From contig NC_045716.1 of NCBI RefSeq assembly GCF_009834535.1, positions 13,578,001-13,642,000 of the forward strand: a stretch of DNA of 64,000 nt. Reading direction: 5' to 3'. A model generated the notes under the pieces. The model saw only the letters and a program-made list of their open reading frames with translations. It was not told where the DNA came from and searched no databases. A program made the position numbers and the translations under genes. The stretch's first letter is position 1, and each line of letters starts with the position of its first letter. This stretch comes from Camelus ferus. Its lineage: Eukaryota. Shown here one piece after another: positions 38,811-52,849 of the stretch.

Positions 38811-39438
38811 TGTTACCCAGCTAGCTCTGTTTGCCCAGCAAGCCAAACACTGAGATGCCGAGGTTCACAGCTTAGAAGGAGTTGATTCACAAGGCAGCCA
38901 AGCGGGTAGATGGGAGAACAAGTCTCAGATCCACTTCCCCGAAGGCGAGGGGTTTGGGATGTTTATGTGCTGAGCAGGGTGGTCGCAGTTGCGGGGAAAG
39001 GTGACTGGAGGCAGGGAAAAGTGAGGGAATCGGTGTTCTGCGCAGGTGCGTCTTGGTTCCATGCTTCTGCACGTTCAAAATGGAGGTGCTTAGCCTGCTC
39101 TGAGGGTGGAGTTTTCCAGCCTTCTGATGTCAAAGTGCCACTCACCGGACAACTGCGCAGGCCCAGTTTTAGGGTCGGTGGCCCCAACCATCCCTAGCCG
39201 ACTCGCACTGCAAAAGAGCTGGCTCCAGTTTCCTGTAAAACAACTGTACTGCTGGAAAGGTATGCAATTAAAGAGAATGAAAAAGAAGGAAAGAACAAAT
39301 AATTAAGGCAAACTTATCAAGGAAGGCAGTTTACAAGCAAAGGGGTTTTAGCAAGCTGTTCCCTTTCTGTTGTTCTGGAAGACCAGTTCAGGAATTTCTA
39401 TCAGTATTAGCTTCTGTTAACTCTGTGGGGCAGTTTCA
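38811..39438 (-). mobile_element. Solo ERV1-class LTR
   Basis: TGTTACC...TTTCA termini and ERV1-LTR-like antisense phrases (CAAGCCAAACACTGAGATGCC, CAAAATGGAGG). No clean TSD seen; subfamily not assigned. Confidence 0.65.
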
Positions 39439-41409
39439 CAATTGCCCCCACCTCCATCATTTACCGTACACAGACCCAGTGCCCACCTCGGGGCTGAGCA
39501 CACCCCATCCATCATTGCAATTACTCCTCTCAAACACCTGTATGGTAACAATCCCATGATATCCCAGTTTTACAGGTGAAGAAACGTAGGCTCAGAGAGG
39601 TCATGTAATATATTCCAGACCGCACCGCTAGTAAGCAGCCAACCTGGACTTAAACCCAGGGCCTGTCTTACACCAAAGTCCGAATCCTAGCCATGATGTC
39701 ACTGATGGGAACTTTTTCTCACACTGGATTTTGAAAGTTCTTCTAAGAGAGCACGAGAAATCCACTGAACTCCTTCAGGTGTCCACCTGGGCCACCAGAC
39801 CTCCCCTTCTCCAGATCTGCCCTCCCCGCAGTGTCTGAAGGCGGGGCCCTGAACTGCTCTGGGGATGCAAGAACCCAACGGGGAGGGAACAAAGTTTTCT
39901 AGGATAAAGCCCTGGAATAGGTCTCTAACTCTCATTTCAGCTCAAAATCCAGTGAGTACACTGGATTTTAAAATCTGATGTGATCATTGCCTCTGTCCCA
40001 CACATGTTGTTTTTGGCAAAACTTTCGCACTCAACACCCATTGTTTTAATAAATATTTCTCTGCATCCAGGCATACAGAATAGGGGATACAGAATACAAG
40101 GCAAAGCTCCTGCTCTCTGAGGAACACACGATTCCTCATCTTATCTGATCCTTGTAACAATCCAGTGACAGGGATGGCGTAAAGCCATGGTGCAAAATAA
40201 AACTAGGACGATGCAACCACAAGACCACAAGTGCCTCAGAATAGTGCTAGTTATTACCTAGTTGCTACATCCCCACCCGCTTTCTTATCTGACCCTCACA
40301 GCAGAACCAAGAGGTCGACGGTGAGGAAATTACTCCCATAACACAGATGGGCAAAATGCAGCCCAGGGAGCTACATGATTTCTCCCAAGGTCCTGTTCCT
40401 CCTGGTGTAGAGGAACCACCATGTTTATTAAACTCCAAATCATCAAGTCAACCCGGCATAGTCTCTAGAATGTCCCGAGCACCAGGCCATTCCCCACGTA
40501 GAAGGAGAACCCCTGAGCCTTTCCAAAAGGATGAAGCCAATCCCGAATCCCTGGGCAGAGGCTTTGCTGAACTGGCCCCAGGAACTGGCTGTATACAATA
40601 AACACAGAGAGAGGGCTCTTCAGAAAGCATGTTTTATTTACCAGCCACCTGCCTCCCACACCCTTTCCATCCTCCACAAGTCCCCCCTGACACAGCTGTA
40701 GTCCCCCACTAGTCCTGCCTCCTTCATAACTCTGGGGAGACGCAGCCTGGATTGCCCTGGGAGAGCCCCAAGCCATCTTCTTGTTTTGCAGCCCCTACAG
40801 CTGAGCCCTGGGAAGAAGGTCCAGGGTCCCCGAGGCTGCACCTGCAGACACAGATTCAGCAAAACTAACAGCATCTCAGGTGTCCTCGTCTCTGATGGGG
40901 AGTTTGCTAATTCTGTGCCTGACCAGGGTAAGTTTTTGGTAAATGCTTCCTGGACAAATTGATGATTCTGGATGAGTAAGCCTCGTAGACACTCACTTAT
41001 GGAGAAGGCCTATAGGACAGGAAAAGTTTTGGAATTAGGTGGCCAGCTCCTGGGTCTGGGCTCTTCCACTAACTAGCTGTGTGGGCTCAAGAACGTCACT
41101 TGATGTCTCTGATTCTATTTTCCTCTGTACGAGATGGAAGGTTTGGACACTGATGGTCAGTAAGGTTCCTTCTAGCCCTGGAACTCAGCCATTTTGGAAA
41201 AGGCAGGCAGGAGCAAAATCTACATTAATGTCATAATCGGAGCTTGAAACTGGCTGCCTCCTTTCTCTCCCTATCAGTCAGACTTCTCCATTCCCTGCTG
41301 ACACCCTTATCATCAGACCTACTGCCTTAAGAAAAGGAAGGGATAGAGGAAGATGTGGAAGAGGAATGAGAGAAGGAGGAGGGAAGAGAATTTGCAAAAA
41401 ATATAGCAA

Positions 41410-41620
41410 CACAGTGCTAAGTCTTGGCTCTGAAGGCTGATCGTCAAGGTTCAAATCTCTGCTCTGCTATATTCTAGCTGTGTGACCTTGGACATGTCAC
41501 TTAACCTCTCTCTAAGCCTCAGCATCTCTATCTGTAAAATGGGTGCAGTAACACCTATGTCCTATGGCCATTGTGAGGAACCAAAGACATAACCTATTGT
41601 AGCCCTTAATCCAGGAGAGA
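41410..41620 (+). mobile_element. MIR SINE
   Basis: GGTTCAAATCTCTGCTCTGC...CTAGCTGTGTGACCTTGGAC...ACTTAACCTCTCT...ATCTGTAAAATGGG, the MIR core. Confidence 0.8.
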
Positions 41621-42589
41621 CACTGAGAAAGGGCTCAACTAAGTAGCAGCTGTCTCTAATATGCTGTTACTTACTTGGTGAAGCAGAAAGGGGAAAGCTG
41701 GAGAAGGAGAAGCTGATGGAAAGAAAAGAGAAGAAACATTAAGAACATGGAAGCAGAGGAGGAGGCAGGAAAGGTTTGAGGATGGCAGGGGAATCATTTT
41801 CATCTGCCTAGAAGTACAATATGTTTGGAATCCAAAAAAGCACTCATCCCCTCCCCACCACTCCCCATCACCTTCCCCTCTGCCCCTAGCTGACACCAAG
41901 GTGTCCCGGGAACTGAAGCCTTCTGTAACTGTGGGACCTGCTGCTCCAGGCTGACACCAAGCCGGGTGTCCCTGGATGAGACTTCCAGCTCAGCCTCCTT
42001 CCTCACACCCACCCGTGAGGGGTCCCTGTGAGATGGATGCGTGGTTTCCCACCTCCCACTTGGGGCGAATTGAACTGTCAGTTCAAGAAGGAGGTTTTAG
42101 GGGATGGGGTGTCCCCCACCCGGGGCTAACCCCGGACAGGGGTTGTTGATGATTTGAAGCTGAAGACAGCAGCCCACGCGACGGGAGAGGAAAATTCCCC
42201 TCCCTGCTAGTAAGAGGCTTCACAGAGCTCACCAGCCTGTTGTTTTCTTGATGTTTTGGTTTTTTTTCTTTGTGCACATCAGCTTCTAAATTTTGCAAGC
42301 TGTTGCCTAGCTTTATCTCTGAAAGCAGTGGAACTTGCTGGACTCAGGAAAGTGAGTACCAGTGAGCTGACGAGCTATTTATGGAATAAAAGAGGCAAAG
42401 GCCGCTGCTTTCCTCGGCGCTGCAAGGGTTAAGCCTTTCTGTGGACCAGCATCCTACCCACCTCGACTCCTAACCCGCTAGCCCCTGCTTTCTCTCCTCC
42501 CCCCCTTGCAGATGCGGAATGTGACAGTCTCAATGCCTCAGACAGTTTTAACAGTACGTGCTTCTCAATTCTGCAACACCCCCACCAGC

Positions 42590-43300
42590 AACTTCTTATT
42601 GTGGTAAAATACACATTAAATTTATCACCTGAACCATTTTTAAGTGTGCACTTAGCGGGATCAAGTACGTTTATGTTGTGCAACCACCATCACCGACCAT
42701 TCACAGAAGTCTTTTCATCTTGCAAAACTGAGACTCTATACCCATTAAACATAACGCTCCCTGCTTCCCTTCCCCCCCAGCTCCAGGCAACCACCATTCT
42801 ACTTTCTGTCTCTGTGAATTTGACTTCGCTAGGTACTTCATGTAAGTGGAATCACACAGTAATGGTCCCATTTGTGTGTATCTTTCTTGACTTAGACAAT
42901 GTCCTCAAGGTTCACTCATGTTGTAGCATGTGTCAGGATTTCCTTTCTTTTTGAGANNNNNNNNNNNNNNNNNNNNNNNNNNNNNNNNNNNNNNNNNNNN
43001 NNNNNNNNNNNNNNNNNNNNNNNNNNNNNNNNNNNNNNNNNNNNNNNNNNNNNNNNNNNNNNNNNNNNNNNNNNNNNNNNNNNNNNTCTTTGAGACTCTG
43101 CTCTCAATTCTTTGGGGTATATACCCAGAAGTGGGATTGCTGGATCATGTGGTGGTTCTATTTTTAATTTTCTGAGGAATCACCAAACTGGACCATTTGA
43201 CATTTCCAGTAGTACACAAGTGCTCCAATTTCTCGACATCCTCATAGTTACTACTTTCTGTTTTTTGATAATAGCCATTTTAATAGGTGTGAGGTGGTCT
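42590..43300 (-). mobile_element. L1 (L1MA/MB-type) 3' fragment spanning a gap
   Basis: GTGGTAAAATACAC...CAACCACCATTCTACTTTCTGTCTCTGTGAATTTGAC...ATACCCAGAAGTGGGATTGCTGGATCAT. Confidence 0.85.
42957..43086. other. Assembly gap (130 N)
   Basis: Run of N. Confidence 1.
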
Positions 43301-45599
43301 AACTTTTTTTTAAAGGAAGAAATGCAAAAAGTAGGATTTCAGAATTTATAAATATAGAATAAAATCTGCTATTTTAAAAGTGACAAGTGAATTGAACAAA
43401 TTGATTATTTTAACACACATAAAACTCTAATAACTGCTTGATGTAAGTTCCTTCTGAGATGTCAAAGGAGGAAAGAGAGAAGGAGAGGGGAAAAGAAAAA
43501 GGGAGAGGAAAAATTAAGTAAAATGAGGGCAAGGTGAAGCAAAAAGATGGAAGGGCTCTGAGGGCAGCACCTGGAGCCATCACTTTGGAGTTAAGAGGCC
43601 AGTGGCCCTCCTCCCTCGGTCCTGTGCCGATGCATTTGCTTGAGGGACGTGGATTGCTTTCTGTGGGGTTTCTCTGTGCTGGGAGGGACACAAAGATGAA
43701 CCAGCCACTGTTCCTTCCTTGGGCCAGGAGGTCAGCAAAAGGGGATGGAGATGGGGGGCATTTGGCAGCTACGCCGGCTCTGCCTCCCTGGCCGAGAGGT
43801 CGGCTTCCTCGCTGGGCCTGCCTGTCCCAACACCTCAGCGTGGGCATGGGTCACAGGCCGGGCTTGGTGGCATTCAGTCTTGGTTTCATGCATTTTTAAA
43901 GCTGCTTTTGAAGGAACGAATGCATCATGATTCTCCGGTTCTTTCGTTTCAGGGAAAGAGATTGTGAGAAAGGGGGAGGTGGGGAAGCCTCGGAGCCTGG
44001 TAGGGGCCACCCTGGGCTTTGGTCCAACAAAGCCACCACTGCTCAGCAGCGGGGCTCTTGCCCTTTGAAAACCAATCGGCCAGGAGCCCCTCAGCCTCTT
44101 TCCTGCAGGACAGTCACAGTACATTTTACAGATCTCAGGAAAGAGGACCCAGGTCCCTGTCCTCTGTCACTCTGGGTTTGTGTCCCCGCAGCTCCGACGT
44201 ATCGGTTTTCCGGGCAGACACAGCCTTTCAGGGAACAGCAGCATTTTGCTTCTCTGCTCCCTGAAAAGGGTCACACTTCCATGGAACTCCACAACCAAAC
44301 CGGATGAATAGAAAGAAAATGAACAGAGCCCGTTAAGTAGACAGGGCATTGCTGGCGTCTCAATGGGAGCATCACCTAATCACAAAGCAGGCAGGAAATC
44401 TTTAATTAACCCCGTTTCCAGACACAAAAGCCCGTGGTAACATTTCATCCTATTTGAATACATATTTTCCAAGAAGGAGACGTGGGAGCACTTTTATTTT
44501 TGTTACTGGAGTGCTGATTTAACACCATGGATATTTTAAACTGTCAGACAAGAACGCAAAACCTGTGCCTATAAACACAGAGGATGGGGGGGAAATCCTC
44601 CTAGGAACTCGCCTTTCTTTCTTCCATTTTTATTCCACAGTGACACATCCCTCTTGGGAAAATCCTGCCCTGGATTTTTATTAGTCTTTTGTAGGCTGCT
44701 GGGTATTAAAACCTCACAAATCCATTATGTGCTTCTCAACCCTGCTTTTCAAGTTGCCTTTCCATGAGGTGTGGACTAATGAAATGGGGAGGGGGGCAAA
44801 CTGCTGCCCTCAGCCCTCTCAGAAGAGGCCGAGCCCAAAGACCCTCAGGGCAGGCTTCCTCCCTGTATTTACCGTATTCTCACTTCCCCAAGTTTTTATC
44901 CAGAACTATTTGAACTACAAGAATATGCTCCCTAATGTGGCGTAAAAACACGCGTGCACATGCAGGAAGGAAAATACTGGTTTGCTCCATCAGAGAGGAT
45001 CTCTTTCTAACTTTGAAAAGAAAGCCTCAGTGTTACCATGATGTCATCTTAGCAATAAAATTATTTTAAAAATTTTGTTAGAACATACACTAACAATCTC
45101 TTGGAGCCATATCCTGATTTCTATTCTACAAAGCTCCTTTGTTTTTGCCTCACCACACACCCTTTGAGAGAGGGCTTGTCATTCCCATTTGACAGATCAG
45201 GAAACTGAGGCTCTGGGTGACTAAGTGAGTTCCTCAAGGGAACACGGCTAGAAAATAGTATTGTAGGACCAGGACCCACCCACATCTTCGAACACTCAGT
45301 TCAGTGCTTGTTCCCTTTGGCCCTGCTGCCTTGTCACCAGAAGACACTCCATCAAGCATCATTGGAAGTGTGGTGGGTCCGGCTCTCCCAGCGTGTGGTT
45401 AGTGATCCCTTTAGTCAGCACCACCAAGTGTGGTTATCAGCATGAACAGTGGATAAAGGCACCAGGCTGAGGCTCCCAGGGGGCCCAGAAGCTGCCTGCA
45501 CCCTTCACAGCGGAGGGGGGCCCAGGAGCACCCACCTGCAGGAGAGTGATTACCTAGGCCTGGCCTCCACGAACATGCTTCTTCTTTTTTTAATGTGTG

Positions 45600-45790
45600 A
45601 CTTTTTTTTAATTGAAGTATAGTCGATTTACAATGCTGTGTTAATTTCTGGTGTACAGCCTAGTGAGTCATCTATACATATACATAGATATTCCTTTTCA
45701 TATTCTTTCATTATAGGCCATTACAAGGCATTGAATATAGTTCCCTGTGCTATGCAGTAGGACCTTGTTATCTATTTTATTTAGTAGTTA
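45600..45790 (-). mobile_element. L1 3'-end fragment
   Basis: TTAATTGAAGTATAGTCGATTTACAATGCTGTGTTAATTTCTGGTGTACAGC...TGAATATAGTTCCCTGTGCTATGCAGTAGGACC. Confidence 0.85.
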
Positions 45791-48700
45791 GTAGAAGGGG
45801 CTCTTTGTCACTCACGCAAAGATGTGTGAACGGTTGGCAGTAGCCCCGCGTTTAGTGGTCAGGGCTCTTTCACAAGGTGGGATAGGGCATTTGTCTGCTG
45901 ACCCTCTCAGCAGGCAGCAGGTCCCAAAAGCCAGAGAGAAAGGATGTGGTAGCAGAGACTGGCCTCTGCAGCGTGGGAAACAGATGTGCACGCCATCGGT
46001 GGTGTGCCTGCCGGATTGCATGCTCTGCCGCCGAGCTCAGGTCGGGTGCTGGATGGGGGCCGGGGCCTGAGCCTGGGGAGACCGGGGCTCTGGTCCCACT
46101 TCTGCCACTGAGCTCTTCTGTTTTATTTCTATGTTTCAGTTTACACAGTATTTCCGCACAAGCAATCTCTGGTGATCCCCACCACAACCCTCTGGAGTTG
46201 GCCCACGATGCTCAGAGAGGTTCAGTGACTTGCCCGTGGCCCACAGCACTTCAGCCTCCAAGGCCAGGGCACTTGCCACCTCCCTGAGTTGTTTCTCAAG
46301 AGCTGTGGTGATTCAGGCAGGTCCTGTGTCCCTTCTGAATTCGATTTCTCATATGAAAAATGAGGGGGTTGATGCAAGACCCAAACCAGTTTCTTGCTGT
46401 GATCAAAACATGTTTTCTTTCCACTGACTTCTCCATGCTGCTCATTTCTTTAGCTGACAATGCCTCTTCTCTTGGGAGCAGTGGAGCTGAGGCTACCTGC
46501 CCCTCTGAGCATGGGGGTGTGTCCTTGAAGGGGTCGGAGGGATAGAGTGGACAAAGAGGCAAGGGGAAGGACATGCTGGTAGGTGGCTGACCACAAATCC
46601 TGCCCCTCCCCTGACTCCAGCCCTCTGGTCATTTTCTTCCAGTTGGTGACCTAGTGGTTCAACCTTCCTGTTAGCATCGTGGCTTCTTTCCCCAACTCCC
46701 ACCCTATGACCATACTGATCTCCTCCAGAACTCAGCCAGAGGGAAGCAGAGAGCAAAATTCATATTGTTCTTGGTGGGAAATAGTTATATCCCATCCAAA
46801 GGGTCTGTGGGGACTTGGGGCTGGCGGCGGAATGGAAAGAGCGCTTCCTGAGCTCTGCCCCTCCTGCTCCCCACTCCACCCGGGTTTCAACCACCAAGGA
46901 AGCCATGCCAGGCAGGGAATCCTCCCCGACTGGAGCCTGGCACTCAGCCCTCCATGCACCAGCCAGCACTGCAGGAGGAGTAAGACGGGGGCCCTGACCC
47001 CGGGAGCTCACCGGAGAGGCAGATGTATAAACAGATCATTTCCTTGAGTTGCCAGCAATCCAAGGCCAGGACTGAGCTTCTACAAGTGCAGCTGCTGAAC
47101 TGTAAATCATTCTGTTAGCTCTAGGGCTCCCACCCAGTGATGTCTGGTGAGGAGTGGCAGGCAGGAAGGGGCAGGTCCACCCATGCCACCCTCGGGTCCC
47201 TGACCCCCACCCCTCACTGTGCACCGTGCGTGCCCACCTGCAGATCTGCTCAGGCAAGGATGTCTTCCCTCCAGCACTCAGACCCTTGCTTGCCTCTGTT
47301 TTCCCGAAGTGGCAAATGTGGGACGCAGGACATGATCTCAGGATGCTCCGGTCAGCGGGCTCCAGGCACCACCTCCTCCTCCTCCAGGACCCCCACTCTG
47401 TCCTCTGGGCTCCCTGAGGGGACGGGATGAGGAAGGGGCTCCTGAGAGCCAGGAGAAGCCCTGGCTATCCCTGCGACCGAGGTAGAGCCCCCATGACAAT
47501 AGGCAGCGCACAGGGAAGGCAGAAAACAGAGGGAGGGAAGACGGCAGGGTGGGCAAGTGGTATCTGTCTGATGACTAGAGGTAAAGGAATCAGACTCCTG
47601 AAACCAAGTTACTCTCAGAGAAACAAGAAGAAAACAAAATTGCAGGGGTCACTGACCTCTGGGCCAGAGCACAAGGGAGGTGGACGTGGAGGGCTGTGCT
47701 CGCAGGGACCCGGGGCGCCCACCTCTGATTCCGCTGCTGCACACAGCCCTGCCAGGCCCACCCTCAGGCCAAGCTAGTACTGAAGTCCTTCCACCCCCAG
47801 CCCCAGCGGGACACTTGCTGCGGACAGCCCAGGTGGCCTCTGCTCAGAAAACTCCCGCTGTCTCTGCGGCCAGCCCAGTGGGCGAGTGACTTCTCATGTC
47901 CCTCAAGAAGTGGCTGAGCTGAGCTGTGCCTGAGGAGGGAAGGGGAACAGCACCTCTTCTCGGTCCCAATTCATGCCCCAAATGCAGAGCTGAGGAGCAC
48001 TGCGGCAAAGCGCTGTGCCAATGTAAAACAGCTTCATTGTCATTGCACACCAATCCCTGCTGGTCTCCAGAAGCAGGGGCTGCACTGCGGGTGACGTGGG
48101 CCTTGACACCTCACAGAACAGCTCCTCTCCCTACCAGCTGTGTGACTTTGGGCAGTGACTTAACCTCCTGTCTTCCTCCTGTCTCTAAAATGGGAGAATC
48201 TGATCCATCTCCCTGAGCAGGCTCCGAAGATTAAATGAGATTCACGTTTATAGCCAGTGCCAGGAACATAGGAGATAAATAATAAATCCCAGCTCCTTTG
48301 TGGGGAAAAACTAAGGTGAAAATGTTTTAAAGGGCATCTGAGGCTGGTGCGAAAGCAGAGTAGGAGGGTGAGGGTGGCTATTTCTAGGGTCTAGGCAGCA
48401 TACCCGTGAGAGGGGCTTGGTTTTCTCTCCTGGGCACGATAGCTTACAAGCTAAAGGTATTAGAGTGCTGGCTAGCTGCTCTGTGGGACAGCATGGGCTC
48501 CTAGATCCGACTGGGCAGGTCAGAAAGGGCCCAAACCAGAGCTCACCCAAGCTTCTCCCTCCCCCATTTGAGCTTCTCACCAGCCTTGAGGCAAACTTGG
48601 GTTCTGTCCTAATGGACTGTGGAAACATACGTCAGATAAGTGACCCGCCACCCCACGTCCTACCCAGGCGCTCTCCCAGGAGAAGAGACACAGGCCCTTT

Positions 48701-50325
48701 CAACTTAAGTCCAGAAGGATTTCCCTTGAAGTCGCTCCAGCCCTGCATGGGGCCTGGAGGCCTGAGGCCCAGGCCCTCCTGGGCTGCTGCCTCCGTAGCA
48801 GCTGGGTTTCCTCTGCTGTCCCGTCCCAGCTCCGTGCTCTTAAAGGTCAGCATCTGGCTGGCCCCAGACTGCAGAAGCTTTGCTTCTGGTGAGGGCAAGA
48901 GACAGGAGAGGGATGTGGGCAGAGGAGGGGAAGGAAGGGAGTGCCAACGCACTGCGCAGAGCCGTGTTTGGGAGACACTCAGAGAGGAGGGAGGCTCACC
49001 CAGCCCAGCCACACAGAGGTGAGGTGAGCTTCAAACCAAAGCCCAGGTGCAACCCGAAACGCGGTGTCCTGATGGTCAAGCAGCCTCTTGGCTGTCGGTG
49101 AGGAGGACCTATCTGCCTCCTTTCTTTATCTTCAGCGCCTGCGGGAGCTCAACATTTTGTGAGCCCTGGGGAGAACATACGGGCCTGGGGCTTGGGGTTC
49201 TGAAAGGTCACGAGAGAGGAGATGTCATTTTGGCCCCTCCATCCCACAGCGGTGGAGGACAGTGCTTTTCCGACTGGGGCCAGGAGTGGGGGTGAAGCTG
49301 CCGTGAGTTCAAGATCATCCTCAGGTCAGAGAACGTTTCACGAGATCCAGGGAAGTCCTCTAATTCCTGCTGAGACAGTTCTGAGCTCTGAGCCTCCTTC
49401 CAAGAGTTGTCCACAGGATGACTGAGCCCGTCCCCAGAGAGTTTTGGTTGAGAGGCAGGGAAGGGAGGGGGCAGGTCGCTTAGGGAGGGCTCACACCTAG
49501 TGTAAGGGTCAGACAGGCCTGCTGCCGAAGGCTGGAAACCAACTTCAGTGGAGGCCTGGGGTCCTTCTGAGTACCCAGCACGAAGCTTTTCCCCACCTGC
49601 CCTGTGCCTCAGTGTCCCCTGTGAAATAGGCAAACAGGAATTCCCAACCAGTCCCTCGGGGCTAAACGAAGTGATGCTCCTGTGATCCCCTCTGCTTTTT
49701 CCTGCAGAAAGTTGGGACAACGGTGCCATTTGCAATGTGTCTCCATCTGGAGTATTGTGTACCAGTCAATTCAATACGCTGTTTCTTAAGCCCCTAGCAC
49801 TCAGTGCTGGCTGGCATCATGAACTTACTGCGTCTATCCTCAGGAAACTGGTGGTTTCAAAAAGCAGTAAGACATTTCACCCCAAATGACGAGAGCAGAA
49901 ATTCTGAAGTTTTCTTTCAATCCCAGCCCATGTTGGATGGCGCTGGAATGTGTGTTCCCCACGTGACTGCCAAAAACCCCACCGTCACCCTGCACCCAAC
50001 TTTCTCCCCGGGTCAAGAGTGCTTTTGGAGAGCATATAAATGAAAGTGATTTTGACATAGGTTTATCTTTGACTCCACTTTAAATTTTGTAATAGAAGTA
50101 AGTTACTTCTAAGTTTTTGTATTCTATTTATTATACATAACTTTTTTCTTATAACACCTTCTAATGGTTAATGGTCAAGAACCAATACACTAGGTGCTGT
50201 TTTCAGGCAATATTATAACTGTGCTCTATACCAGCCTTATTGTTGACATAAATATTCACATAAATCTTACCTGTGAAGGGAAGTTGTAGGTTAGAATTTT
50301 TTGACGTTACAAAAATTCCCAAGAG

Positions 50326-50535
50326 ATTGGCTGATACAAACTACTATGTACAGAATAGATAAAAACAAGGTCCTATTGTATAGCACAGAGAACTGTATTC
50401 AATGGCTTGTAGTAACATGTAATGAAAAAGTATATATATATATACACATATATAATATATATATAACTGAATCATTATGCTGTATACCAGAAGCTAATAC
50501 ATTATAAATTTAAAAAAAAACTTTATACAAGAAAA
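50326..50535 (+). mobile_element. 5'-truncated L1 3' end with a 15-bp target-site duplication
   Basis: Flanked by AAAAATTCCCAAGAG (50311-50325) and AAAAATTTCCAAGAG (50536-50550). Sense L1 tail (GTCCTATTGTATAGCACAGAGAACT...) ending in an A tract. Confidence 0.88.
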
Positions 50536-52570
50536 AAAAATTTCCAAGAGTGCATGATAAAAGCCAAGAAATTATAGCCAATCACAAATTAAATAAATTA
50601 CTTGCAACCAAATAATTTCAAAAGCAAGATTATTAACATGCTTTCAAATCTTTTTAAACAAAGTAGTTACACATTTTACATGGAACCCATGTGCATCATC
50701 ACGTTTGATTTGAAGCAGAGTGGGCTGAAGAGATAAAAGGTTTAAAAAGGTCTTGCTTAAACCATCCTTTAAAATGTCCCTGTTCTCTCTGAAATCACCT
50801 GAGAAGAATATTCCTCAGTCACTCTTGTTTTCATGTTTCAGAGCCTATGGTCTCAGGTTGAAGAGGTTCCAGGCTAAAATTTTGGAGCTGGGAGAGGTCT
50901 CACGTTGGCTCCGTGGTTGCTTGAACAGGAAGAGACCTCTGGGGTGCTAGGGGGCAGGACTGGGAAGGGAGGGGGTATCTGAAAGGTGAAGTAGTACCAT
51001 AAGGCACACAGCTGCTATGGTTTTCTTCATATATTGAAGACTAGCATAGACTCATGTCAACTCTTTTCCTAGCTAAATTAACCCTATTTTCTTTACTTTT
51101 TATTCCACTTTCTGTTTCCCATCGTCATGACCCTACCTAGAGTTCTCCAGTTCGTCTCCATTTGGCACGTGTTGAGAAGTTCTAAACCAAGCACTGAATG
51201 TTCAGGGGAAAGTGAGGAAACTGTTTCTTTCACACCAGGGCAGGATTGTGTCTCAACTGTAGGGCCGCCTTAACAAACCGCCTGGCAGGTCTACTCTCTT
51301 TCTGGATCCACTGGTTGTCTGCCTAATTGGGTCTTGGCTTGGGCTGGGACTGGGGTATCAGAAAATGGGGCCGTGGCCATTAAGAAACATAGTCCAGCGT
51401 GGTTTTTGAATTTAGAGTACCTCCTCAGTGTCAAACTAGGTGTTTAGATTTGGGGCATGGAAGATAACAGAGAAGTAGGAAATGTGACCTCACAGTCAAG
51501 AAGCTCATACCCAAATGGGCAAGACAAGACCCAGGGTCAAGGGCAGTAAAGAAGGTAGTTGTGATCGATCGTTTGGTGCAGAAAAGGAACTGGCATCTGC
51601 AGGAGGAGCTCAGGCGACCTTGACTGATGGGTAGGATGTGGATACGTGGATTGACAGGAGGGAGGAGGGGTCCGGGGTGAGGGGTCAGCTGCGGTCCAGG
51701 CATGGAGAGGGCAGGTGTAAGTGAGGCCCCACGGAGGTGAACCTAGATGGGTGGGAGAGACACGGACTGGGGACATACGTGGAAAGTTTGTGACCAGAGT
51801 GTGAGATGCTGAAGCCACATGGTGTGGGGAGAGGTTTGCTATGTGATGCAAAAGCAAATCGGAACTTCTGGGTGGTTTTTGAAGGGGAAGGAGGGGGGCA
51901 TGACCACCATTGGTCTGCAGTGCGTGGTGCATGGAGGCGGATGTGTCATGTCATGTAGTTGCCACCATCTCATGGTCACAGTCATGGTCGCAGAAACGAG
52001 ATCGGCAGGTCTGTGGGGGCCTTTGAGCTAGTCAAGACTGACCTTTTCTTTTGATTTCTTTCTGGTTTAGTTTTCATTCCAGTTAATGCCCCTCCCCCCC
52101 ACTTTCAAAATAGTGCACATTTAATTTAGAAAACGTTTAAAGTACAGAGAAGAATAAAGCAACAGACCTTAGTCATCATTCATCTCTGTAGAGTACCACT
52201 ACTACCAGTGTCACTGATTTCTTTCCAGTCTTTATTTTTATACACTGGCTTCTTGATGGTTGAGATTAAACAGTATAAATAATGCAACTGTCCATTAGCC
52301 GTACAGGTCTGAATATTTTTGGCGACAAGGTGGTTTAAACCCTATTAGTGACCAGGATCTCACTACATCTTTAAGCATTTTGGAAACAGAGATAGCATTA
52401 ACAATCTTTTTCTATTTATGAAGTAATATATGCTTATCTAGAAAATACGCAATACTTAAAAGTGTAAAAATTTAAAACATCCATAATTCTGTTGTCCCGA
52501 AATCACCTAATCTGTTGTTGACATTTTGCAGTATTTTCTTCTAATATTCTTCCAAAATAATGTGCGTTTT

Positions 52571-52700
52571 AGAGGGAGGGTAGAGCTTAGTGGTAGAGTG
52601 CATGCTTAGCACGCAGGAGGTGCTGGGTTCAATCCCCAGGACTTCTGTTAAAAATAAATAAATAAATAAACCTAGTTCCCCGCCCCCAAATCCAAAAAGA
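52571..52700 (+). mobile_element. Vic-1-like SINE (sense to CD247)
   Basis: GGGAGGGTAGAGCTTAGTGGTAGAGTGCATGCTTAGCACGCAGGAGGTGCTGGGTTCAATCCCCAG...AAATAAATAAATAAATAAA. Confidence 0.85.
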
Positions 52701-52849
52701 TGTTTAAAACAAATTAAAATTGCAACATATTTAAAAAAACAAAGAAAACAAAATAATGTGCATTTTAAAAACAAAATTGGTCATACAACTTGGATCTTGC
52801 TGTCTTCATTTGTGATATCACAGAAGTTTCTGTCTGCTGACAGCGGTGA

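Noticed and set aside
47565-47602. Box C/D snoRNA suggested by TGATGA...CTGA
   Set aside because: The boxes are too close together and there is no terminal stem.
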